Origin: Basidiobolus meristosporus CBS 931.73
Lineage: Eukaryota > Fungi > Basidiobolomycota
Direction: 5' to 3'
NCBI GenBank assembly: GCA_002104905.1
Contig: MCFE01000494.1
Coordinates: 1 to 64,000 of the forward strand
Length of the DNA stretch: 64,000 nucleotides
Under the pieces are notes generated by a model. That model worked only from the letters and a program-made list of their open reading frames with translations, was not told where the DNA came from and searched no databases. Both the position numbers and the translations under genes were made by a program. Each line of letters opens with the position of its first letter. The stretch's first letter is position 1. Shown one piece after another: positions 52,784 to 63,108 of this stretch.

Positions 52784-55555
52784 ATTTACTATAATATTTT
52801 TTAACACAAATGCAGGGAGTATGAATGTTCACTAAGGTGAAGATTAATGCAAAAAGATGAGGAGGTGATGATTAATGGAACAAGAAGTAAGAAACAATAT
52901 AACACGGAATTCAGGGGAATATTGCAAACAGAAGTGGAATACGATTCCTTGTCGATGAAGCTTTGCCGAAAGGCTTGTGTAGAGAAAAAGAGGGGAGAAT
53001 TGCTCGCTTATAAAGAAATCCTTATCCTAGCCCCGAGAAAATTTCCAACTTTGTCGAAGTAGCATTGATCTGGTTGGTTAAGTATTGGTAGAGGTTGTTG
53101 AATCATGGCATGATGCCCAAATGGAATTATGTACGTGGAATACAAATCAATGATAACGGGGAGGCGATTCTTACCCCGTCTGTTACCGCATCCATCCGAA
53201 AATCACCCAAAAATACCGAGTCCCTGTGCTACCATGGCGAAGTTACCAAGTGACCTAAACATATTCCGCGCAGGTTGACACCCCGTTGACAATTAGCATG
53301 GGGTGTTTTAATTGGGCACAGAGTTCCGCTAAGCGATGCTTGATAGGAAGAATATTGGGGTGGGGGGCGTGAGTGTTGCTTGGCGAATCACAGCGCTCGG
53401 CTCTGAATTATCGATCTCTCATTGGTGGCTTCTTGCTCAAGTTCATTAGAGATACGAAAACAAGTTACCAACGAAGCCCAAATATGGTGCAGTCAATTCA
53501 CCATTTCGGACCCCATTGCCGTAACATTTGGTGTCCCCAGCCTTCATCTACTCAACAGCCTGAACATCTATATTCTACTGCATAATTTCCCACATTAGTT
53601 AGATGGGTAGCAGCTATATCTATATTGGTACGATACTTTGAGCTGTGTAGAGCTCAATAATGCTTCCACCGATACACGGTGTATGAATGAAAGTGTGTCC
53701 CTCACTGTTTCTTTCATGATTTCTCCCACCACAGAAGAAAAATATCTCAGCTACTAGTGAAGGCGAAGGACGCTTGTGCTGTGTTGTGTCGCTATGCTTG
53801 GCATGTGTTTTGTTGAGTGACCGACTTCTGGTGGCTTGTAAAGCTTCACCATGACTACTCATAATCTGCGCCACAGTCCACACAAAATGGGGCCTTCATA
53901 ATGCTAAAAAACTGGTTTATGAGTTTCCCCGATCTTCTGTGTTCGTACGGAACAAGAGATGTCTTTGATTAGGAATTTAGCCACTCATCACACGTACTGT
54001 TGGCAATCCGTACGGTGCCTCTTGACAGATCCACATTGGCTCCATATTACCAAGCATGAGTATTGGAACATTTTCTATCACATAGCGCAATCAGTACCTC
54101 CTTTATCGCTGAGGATAGTCATCAAGCGACCCGAACAATGACATACCTCGGTTAAATGTTTCGGAGTGAATACCGGTTAACATCCCACAAACCCACAAGA
54201 GATCGGGACGATTTGGATGCTTGGGAGGTTATTAGATTAAAGTACAGGTGTTGGTGTTGTTTCGCCAACACCACTCCATGGTCGGCTATCAGAACTCCAC
54301 AAAACCTACAGTATTGCTACGGTATTACTATGGGGTAAAGTGAATCTAGTTTCTGTGCTTGTGTCCTATATTTTGTGGAGAGTATACCCCAGAGAGCCTT
54401 ACAAACCAATAACTGACGCTTCATGGTATCTTCGGGATTTGCTATCCAGTTGCCTTGAGCCAGGACTCTGGGTTAACTGTAAGCTTTCAACATATTTGCA
54501 TGTCACTGATTTTTAACTGATACTAAATTTCCTAAAGAGTTACCAAAATCTGGAATACGGTGATTGGCCTGCTGCACCCAACGTGATGTTGAACAAGAAT
54601 CATTGTTGGCCATTTCAACCATCGGGTAGCCCCAAAGACTACCTGGTACCTATCGACAATCCTGGGCGATCCGCAATATTTCACATATCGATATTGCAGA
54701 GTCGTTAATTACTCGCAATTGTGGTCAGCGTAGGTATTGTTGTGTATCCCGAAGGGTAAAATAACTATATAAGGGTCAGAATGGCTGGTATGTAACAGTT
54801 CTTCTCATTGGCTCAATATCCCGAACGTGACCTTGGTGAGTCGCTTGAATGGATAAAGAGCGAGCATTGATTGGATAGATAGCAGATCTCTGATCAGCAT
54901 TCATTGGCCCAGAATGACACTGAGCAATAGAAGGCGATAGATGGATGGGGAACATGCGAACTCACGTAATGAATTTTTGTAACGTGGAAGGCCGAGAGCA
55001 ATCGCTACCAACTATTCTCAATCATACGTCAATGAACCAATCGCCGTAAAATACCGATTTCCTATTGGAAATATGGGTATATTTAGAGAAGTCTGTAGAA
55101 TTATTTCTGAAACGTGGTCGAGTCGTAATTTTCCACTTGTTTAAATAGTACTTTGATGGATATTGCTGCATATATAATATAAATTACATGAATTTAGTCA
55201 TGGGCACAGAATCCCACCACTCCATGGCTATTTCAGCCGCCAGATGGATCTCTAACCCAAAAGCGGCTTGATATTGGCCCTGGTTAACATTGCTGTGAGT
55301 CCTACAGCTGCAAGTTATGATTCGTTGCATTTCGCCGCAATCTTAGACCAAGTTATTTACGTTTCTGCACCCCTTAAATAGTATCTGTCCACTTAACCTT
55401 ATTCCTGCCCGGAGTCTTGCGATAAGCTTCCGATGGTCATTAAGCAGCCATCTAGCATACCAACATCCATTCTACCACGGAGTCACTCCATCTAATTACA
55501 TGCAACGGAGTGGGTGAAACGTTTATTTACAATCTGGTACATATCGGGTCTATGA

Positions 55556-57842
55556 CTATCTTCGGCCGGGCTCTACGCGTATAGACACATCCGGCGATGA
55601 GACGACAGCGGGGCTTGGAGGGTCGGATTGTTCCAAGCGGTCAATCCTATCAAGCACCTCTGTAATCTGTTGACAAAAGTGCTCAGGCCCGAGCAAACCG
55701 TAAAGCCCAGAGCTTTGAAAGATTTTGAAGTGTTGCGGCCTTAGGTTGATGAAGTAAACATCGATCCCTCGATCGAGGTATTCGCCAACTATCTCTAGCA
55801 GGATCTGAATAGCACTATCATTTGCCAATGAATGTTTGTTACAAGCATATTTGTGGTGGATTCAGCGCAACCGAGCCTTACCTAGCATCAATCTCGGTCA
55901 TGTTTTCGACCTCGAAGATTACGTTCCGTATGGGGTATAGGTATGGCTTTGCAGAGGGATGTACTCTAAAGTCGCCGTATTGCTCGCTGCGACGTAGTCG
56001 ATCCTTGAGTGAGCCCGAGTTGGCAAAATGGAGTGGTTCGTTGATTTTCAGAATCAACAAACCCACCGTTTGGACCGCTTCCGGAAAGTCACGAATCGGC
56101 TTGAATTTGTCATTGCTACCAGGAATCCGGCCCTACAGATCGGAAAGTCAGCACATTTTGCTATAGTCCCGAACAAATGCCCGGATCTTACCAAAATAGT
56201 AATGGAGGGCTTGGTACTTCTCTTGACCAAGGTGAGCAGCGCTAAGCTCAAGGAGATGAAGGTCCCAACTTCGATTCCAACCACAATGGTCAACGTGAAG
56301 TTTAACGTCATCAAGGTCAAGTCGGAATTGGCCCCGATCTTCCACAGAAAAGCGATGTCACTAGGTGCATCGAGCACCATCCCAGTGCCAGCCACAAAAA
56401 TCAGCGAGGAGAGAACAGCCTTTGGGAGGCATTCGAAGAATGGCAGCAAGTACAAAATCGCCACAAGAACTAGTATGGAGCTTATGAGGCCGGCCATCTG
56501 CGTTCTAGCTCCGGCTGAGTTAGCTAACCGACTTCTCGGCATGGAGCCAAATGCCGGCATTGTCTGAAACAAAGACCCAACAACATTGGACATTCCAAGG
56601 GCAACCAGCTCTCTGTTGGGCGACACCGAATAGTTGTGGAGTGTGGCGAAGCTCTTGGTGATCGCTGCGGATGATACGAAGCCGAGCAAAGCGATCAAGA
56701 CTGCGGGTACTGCCAATTCTCTGATGCGATTGTGATCGAAGATCGGTGGCAGCTGGGGAAAAGGTATCGAGCCCTTATCAAGCTTGCCTACAATCAACAC
56801 TCCCTCATCTTTCCACTCACGGATGCAACAGAGAAGCGTTGAGATGATGACGACAACGAGGAATTCTGGCACATGCTGGATCCTGCTATGCGGGAACCGC
56901 CGCTTGAGGCCATGCACCACGAAGAGGAATCCGACGCTGGTAAGAGAAATGAAAGCGGTCAACGAATGGGTAGAGCTCAAGTTGCGGAGGACGAAGATAA
57001 GCTTTTGCAACGTTGTGTGTTCGCGAGGTGTAACCAAGTTGTCAAGGCCCAGGAGTGTGATCGATTGTCCCACGAGAATGATCGCACCGATTGCTGTGAT
57101 GAAGCCACGAAGTAAGGCTCTCGATAGAAGCGAATCCAAGAAACCAACTCTAAGAAGCCCTAATAGCAAGGTAAACATGCCCACAAGAAAGCTTATTACT
57201 GAGGCGGTGGCTACCGCTTCAGCCATGATCATTTGCGGATCACTGATGTTTGCTACTCGCGAAGCAACAGAAAACCCAACGAGAATGGCTCCGATGGATT
57301 CGGGCCCGACGCTTATCTGTCTGTTTAACGAAGTTAGTATGCTTGTCCGCCGAGAATAGTGTTCTATGTTGATGTTTACCTAGACATACCAAAAAATGAG
57401 TATACGATACCGGGTATACATGCGGTATACAATCCATAAACCGGCGGAAGCCTGGCCAAAGCGGAAGCATATGATAAGCTTTGAGGTATGCTTAGGCAGA
57501 CAACGGTTAGCGCACTAAAAACATCCCCACTCAATAGCTGCAGTGAATATTCTGGGATCCATTTTAGTGCGGGTATGTAGTATTTGAAACGGGTGCCAAG
57601 TTCTGTTGTGCTCCAATTTGTTCTATTTGAGCGGATTTCTTCACTGCTGGAGAAGGTTTCTTGAGTGGTGTCTATTGCAAATTGTGAGTATGGATTTTAC
57701 CCAAGTCATAGAAGTAGCTCAGGAAGAAAGTCACACCTGAATGCACGGAGCTGTAGCTGCCGCGTCTCTTCTGATAACAGTTTTCGGCCTGAATTTCAAG
57801 TAAGGCCTCGGTTTCCTCGGAATCAGGGGGAAGGCTTTGCAT
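55556..57842 (-). CDS. SulP/SLC26 sulfate/anion transporter with STAS domain, multi-exon
   Basis: YYIPALKWIPEY, IPQSLSYA, YGLYTACIPG, GFITAIG, NRELVALG, FGSMPRSR; STAS INEPLHFANSG...MTEIDA. ATG at 57842. Confidence 0.9.
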
Positions 57843-58662
57843 TTTTGGCAGGTAAACCTAGTGCAGAGGAGCGATGGACGGCAAAGGTAGTTCTTTGCTA
57901 ATATCATACTTGCCTGCTTGGAGTAAAGTGAGTGCACGGGAATAAGATAACCCAGAGATGGATGTTACTGGCTGAATTTGAGGGGAATATTTTTGTAAAC
58001 TAATCCAGTCTATTTGGAAACCGACATCTGGAAACCGACTTTTGGAAACTTCATCGAAGAGTTTATGATGATGTGATGGTCTATCTAATCAGTCTAATCA
58101 TGTATCCGAAATTGGGTGTCCACTGTACAAGCAATTCACGGCATAGTCACTCTGCAAACAATTCTGTGAACGCTCACGTTGCTCAGACTAGATGCAGTGC
58201 AAGTAGCAAGGAGCTTTAAAGAGAAGATGAAATTTTTTCCTTAATATTAGTATTGGATTTCACTATGGTGTAGTTCTAGAATGTTAACCTGGAAGTCATT
58301 TGAAGCTTTGACTTGTTGGGAAAGGTTTGTAAAAGTATTGGTGTAAGTGTTTAGAGGAAGGTCCTAGGGTATGCAAAGCCTTGAATGTGCCAGAAATACT
58401 TGGTTACTGCCATATTTCACCAGAATTACTGTATATCATACAAAGTCAATAACCTCAATCCAACATATTCAAGCACGTGAGTATTTAGGCGCTAAGCTAA
58501 TTATTTACTACTCTTCCAAATGCGGTAGATTACATCTCGTATCACGGATCTCAGATACCGGCAGCAACAAGGATATTTCATGTAGTCAACAATTAGTATG
58601 CTGGATATTTCATGTAATCATCAATTTTATAAGGGTACGCAAGGAGGGGCACATTTTGTCGC

Positions 58663-59406
58663 CTAAATCTCGGGATTTAGCAACTTGGACCTGACGGCCA
58701 ATTCAGTGTAAGTTGCAAGGATCTTTAGAGAGGAGAGGAAATCCTTTCTGACAAAATTCTTTGGCAGCCGCTCGTGAACAAAGATATCCTTGACCGCTTG
58801 CTTATCAATCTTTTTACCCTTTCCGAAGGCGGCCAGCAAAAGTGAAATCTCAAATTGAGTGATTAATTTTGTCCTTGGGGTGTAGGATACGTTGGGATTA
58901 TTCTCTAGGCTGTGCTTGATGCGCTTGTTACTAAGTCTAGCAAAATCCTCGATGGTGTATGTTTCGCCATCACTTGAAGCGTCTTCGAGTTGCTGCAGTA
59001 ATTCTGGATCGGCGTTAACTGGATCCCCTAGATAGGTATCTTGACGTGAAAGGGAAAAGTCGTGCTCCAACCAGTTGTGTCTTTTCAAATCACGAAGGCT
59101 TGGTAAAACAAGCCCCGAGGGGCCAAACCGCCCATACAACGTATACACTAACCCTAAGAATGCTTCGCGCAGTAGGGGATTGAAGTGAACAACATCATCA
59201 ATTCCCTTTCGCAGTTGTGAGACGGTTATGTTTGCTCCAGAGCGGGGCAAGTATCCATGATTTGCTAGCACGTTTAGTACGGGACAGGGGCCACGAATTG
59301 CCCCCTTGGGTCGCTCCCAATAATGAAGGTTTGGTGTGCCACTAACTGATGCATGCAACAATCCAATTAATAAAATTCCGAATACTACACGGATCTCCCT
59401 CATCAT
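58663..59406 (-). CDS. Heme-thiolate peroxidase / short unspecific peroxygenase (chloroperoxidase family), secreted, intronless
   Basis: Signal-peptide-like N-terminus, RGPCPVLNVLANHGYLPRSG (PCP proximal Cys), LEHDFSLSR distal motif; 247 aa. Confidence 0.9.
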   Translation of the reverse strand: MMREIRVVFGILLIGLLHASVSGTPNLHYWERPKGAIRGPCPVLNVLANHGYLPRSGANITVSQLRKGIDDVVHFNPLLREAFLGLVYTLYGRFGPSGLVLPSLRDLKRHNWLEHDFSLSRQDTYLGDPVNADPELLQQLEDASSDGETYTIEDFARLSNKRIKHSLENNPNVSYTPRTKLITQFEISLLLAAFGKGKKIDKQAVKDIFVHERLPKNFVRKDFLSSLKILATYTELAVRSKLLNPEI

Positions 59407-60032
59407 ATGTGCTTCTTACTTGGAGCGAGTAGCGCTAGTCAGTTGGTCAGTATATAAATAGCACTAAAGTTTCATTTATTGCTTGCTATGGTCAAAGGCA
59501 TTTGGAACTGTTTGATAACTACAAACATACTCGCCACTGTTCTCGATGTTTCACTGTAGTTTTTACTTCATGCAAGAACATGATTATATAAATATTGTTC
59601 TTATATATCAAAGTTAACCTATAGGAAGTGAAGTTGGTATATGAATATGTAGCCTTACCTTCACTATGGTAATCTGCGTAGTAAATTTGCTTTGAATACT
59701 GAGTATGAATTTTTCTTTATTGCTTTGATTTTACTGAGTACCTCTATTGCCAGTTAATCAACAAATAATGTTCTAAAATACAAACTAACCTTTTATTGGT
59801 ATATGTAAGTGATTACCATTTGTGCCATACTAGCATGGGATTTTATATGCATTCACATATATTTCAGTTTGGGTGTTTTGGACTAGAGACTTAACATATG
59901 TTGCAGCATTTGCATCAAGCCAGATTATGTATAACTTTTAGCATTCTGCATAACCTCCAAAGGTCCTGTTATTGCTTTCTGTGGGCATTGAGTATATGTT
60001 CTTCTATATGGGAGAATAGTCTAATTAGTCTC

Positions 60033-60470
60033 ATGAATTTTGTAAGTACACCTAAATATTCATAAAACTTAGTCACTTGGATCATGTTCTATAAATCTTA
60101 GAGAACTGTGCTTAAATACCTTGTTGAGATTAACTTGGAATAACTTCATCAAGACGTCAGGTACACAGAACAAGGAAAATTATTAAGTTGTCCAAATAAC
60201 CCCAAACTTGGCTCATGTGCTCTCAGGACCCTCCTAAATATGTTCTACGTTTTGTAAATTTTGTAATTGCACCTAAATACTCATGTAGCTTGATCACCTA
60301 AGTTATTATCTGCTAATCTTGGAGAATTCCGGCCAGGTTCCTTGATGGGGCTCACTTGGAATATTTTCACCAAAATATCAGTAACCAAGAATATCAGAAA
60401 TTTCAAAGCAGCTCAAAAGCCCCACTCTTTGCACACTTATTCTGGGGACTTTCCCAAGCATACTTTACAG
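60033..60470 (+). repeat. Two tandem, diverged partial copia LTRs
   Basis: Each repeats CACCTAAATA...GAATATTTTCACC/GTTGTCCAAA-like LTR blocks, starting at about 60037 and 60254. Confidence 0.6.
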
Positions 60471-60479
60471 GTTACTTTT

Positions 60480-61545
60480 GTCTTAGGAGTCTTGGAGAAA
60501 TGGAAGTGATTGGGAGAGCAAGCAGATTTTGTGGTTTGACTAAATGATTATTGAATGTAATAGTGGTATTAATACTTTTGCATGTTCTGGGGTAACAAGC
60601 ACTGAGGATACATTTAAAAGGACCCAAGAACATGTGTGTAAGGATTGGGGCTGTTTGTGTTGTAAAAATTTGTATTTCCACCTAAATATTCACCTAACTT
60701 AGTCACTTAGATCATTACCTTCATATCTTATAGAATACTGACTAAATTCCTTGTTGGGATTTACTTAGAATATTTGCCCAGAACATGAAAATTAGATAAG
60801 TTGTCCAAACAGCCCCAAACTTTGCACACATGTTCTTGGGATCTTCCGTAACCTATTCTACATGTTTGTTATGCCAAGACCATGTAAAAGTATAAATACT
60901 ACTTTTACATTCAATAAATCATTAAGTGAAAGCCACATAATCTATCTGTCCTCCCAATCAATTCCAATATCACCAAGACTCTTACAACAGTTTGGCCCAC
61001 TTATCAAATTTTCATGTTGTGGGTATCTGATGTTTCTGGTGAAAATATTCTTAGTAAATCCCACAAGGAGTTTGGCCTGTATTCTCTATGATTTGTAGGT
61101 TAAGAGATAAGTAACCAAGTTAGGTGACTACTTAGGAGGAATTACAAGCTTTTACAACACTCCCACTAAACTAAATGCTCACAAAGACTAGTCCCAATTT
61201 TGACCTAAGATATTCTAACTTGTCCCTGGCTAGCAGCTTGGTAAATATGTCTGCAATCATTTCATCTGTAGGACAGAAAACTAAGTTAGCTAAGTTATTC
61301 TCTATTGCTTCATGAGTACAGTGATGTCTAATATCTATGTGCTCAGTTATAGCATGAAAAGTTGGATTTCTACCAAACTGTATATATTCACTGTTATCTT
61401 GAAATAAAGTAATATGGGTTTTTTGACAGAAGCCCAAATCTTTAAAAAGCTTTCTTAACCACATTACTTCTTTTGTAGCATCACAGACTGCCATATTCTC
61501 TGCCTCTGTGGTGAAAAGTGCCATAGTTGTTGGCTCAGACAACAG
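60480..61545 (-). mobile_element. Copia 3' end (RNase H, PPT, 3' LTR); the LTR is interrupted by a solo LTR
   Basis: ORF 61171-61542: AENMA...WLRKL...QDN...HIDIRHH...IADIFTK. PPT AGTGGGAG at 61160-61167. LTR terminus TGTTG at 61159 (minus strand). Confidence 0.88.
60658..60989 (+). repeat. Solo LTR (332 bp) with a perfect 5-bp target-site duplication GTTTG
   Basis: TGTTG...CAACA termini; GTTTG at 60653-60657 and 60990-60994. Confidence 0.9.
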
Positions 61546-61569
61546 TCAGACAATCATCAAATTTCTGGT

Positions 61570-61902
61570 GTGACACTGTACAATTAGTGCCAATTTAGGC
61601 TGATAAGTATCAGTGACCAGCATAATTTACTGGTCAAGCACTTGTTCGATTGGAATCCAACAAGTTCTAAGGCTAAGGAATGGTCTCACATACCTTCAAG
61701 GTAGCCATTACTTCATAGTTATTTAAAGTGTTTGCCATCAATTATATTAGATATGTTTGCATTGGAATGATACTGATTGCAGTGCTTCATAACTTCTCAA
61801 TATTTGTCAGACTGCATGAGCTTCTTCAGATGAGGTATTACTGGAATATATCTGAAGTGTAAGCAAAATTCTCCTCCTGTGGTGGTGGATTCCTGACAAG
61901 TT
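61570..61902 (-). pseudogene. CACTA-like transposase fragment, same family as 740-1050, ending at a telomeric seed
   Basis: The reverse complement aligns with 742-1050 (TTGTCAGGAATCCACCACC...CAGATATATTCCAGT...GATGGCAAACA...GAAGGTATGT). Confidence 0.8.
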
Positions 61903-61912
61903 GGGTTAGGGG

Positions 61913-62160
61913 TGTTGTGAAAATTTGTATTTCCACCTAAATATTCACCTAACTTAGTCACTTAGATCATTACCTTCATATCCTAGAGAATACTGACCAT
62001 ACTCCTTATTGGGATTTACTTAGAATATTTTCACCAGAAACATCAGATACCCACAACATGAAAATTTGATAAGTGGGCCAAACTGTTGTAAGAGTCTTGG
62101 TAATATTGGAAGTGATTGGGAGGACAGGTAGATTATGTGGCTTTCACTTAATGATTTATT
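61913..62160. repeat. Chimeric LTR piece, an inverted copy of the nested LTR junction at 60916-61159
   Basis: Contains the reverse complement of the junction CTCTTACAACA|GTTTGGCCCACTTATC. Flanked on both sides by GGGTTAGGGG. Confidence 0.8.
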
Positions 62161-62520
62161 GGGTTAGGGGGAGACAGTCACCAACAGGCAAAATCTTTAT
62201 TTCAGTTGAAACAAAGAAGCCAGCACTACTGTTGTAGCTTTGATACAAGAGTGTGTAGCTGAGGGGAATTTGTAGGTAAGTTAATAAGAAGTGATGATAG
62301 TTCTTCAGTGCCCAAGACACTGTTCAGTGGGAAGGGGGATAGCAAGAGAGGTAAGAATGACTTGTGAACAACATTAATAAGGGGAATATGATAAGAATTG
62401 ATATTCATCATAAAGGGAGTGTGCTGCTGCAGATATTGCTGCCAAAGGTCTGTCAAGTATTTCAGGTAGGGGGGATGATCATCACCAAAGGGTGAAATCA
62501 TTATTTAAATAATAAATAAA

Positions 62521-62731
62521 GAAGCCAAGTTTGAATATGAATATCTGAGATGCAGGGGTTAGGGGGGGAGGAAAGTCACCAAGTGGTGAAATCTTTATTT
62601 ACTTATGACAAGTATCTAAAGAAGCCAAGTTTGAATATGAATATCTGAGATGCAGGGGTTAGGGGGGGAGGAAAGTCACCAAGTGGTGAAATCTTTATTT
62701 ACTTATGACAAGTATCTAAAGAAGCCAAGTT
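62521..62731. repeat. Perfect 100-bp tandem duplication (2.1 copies) including one telomeric seed and one hairpin
   Basis: GAAGCCAAGT recurs at 62521, 62621 and 62721, with identical intervening sequence. Confidence 0.9.
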
Positions 62732-63108
62732 AATCTGAAGTAGTTCCTAGTTAGCTAGGTCTGAGAGAGGTTTCCTGGAAAGCCAGGCCTGAGAAGTGAG
62801 AATCTGAATATATCTGAGCTAAGTTATACTGGTTTGCGGTAGCTGAATTGTGGCCGGAATGGCCAGTAGACTGGGGGAACTGAGATGAATTTCTGGGCGA
62901 TCACTGGCCAAATTTGCTAGGCAAATCTGACCAATTAGCATTTCAAGGATTTCAGCCAATCAGAGCCTTTACTTTGCCCGATGGTTGATCAAGCCATCTC
63001 CCAATGAGCACACATCAATTTATTGATCAAATTTTGCTGGATCCAGGAATTGAACCCACAACCATGGGAATGGAAGGGTTAGGGATAACCACAAGGCCAA
63101 GTGTCCTT
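62669..63108 (-). mobile_element. tRNA-headed SINE-like element (about 440 bp)
   Basis: Minus strand 63108-63035 has an A-box TGGCCTTGTGG, a CT-TCC-AT anticodon-like loop, GGTT and a B-box GGTTCAATTCC at tRNA spacing. A non-coding body follows, then the 3' tail shared with the ORF-bearing units. Confidence 0.65.

Noticed and set aside
52784-52807. TTG start giving a 4107-aa FAS
   Set aside because: An in-frame ATG at 52783 in an A-rich context is the more plausible eukaryotic start.
40484-59406. Secondary-metabolite cluster around FAS (transporter, peroxidase, peptidase)
   Set aside because: The FAS has housekeeping-type codon bias and domain set, no PKS/NRPS or cluster regulator is present, and the neighbours are functionally unrelated.
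62471-62501. ATG start (MISPFGDDHPP) of ORF 62226-62501
   Set aside because: This N-terminus comes from the adjacent unit D hairpin. The second A copy diverges at exactly this point, so the start is a junction artefact.
63035-63108. Functional tRNA-Gly(TCC) gene
   Set aside because: The acceptor, D and anticodon stems do not pair; only the internal promoter boxes and loop pattern remain.
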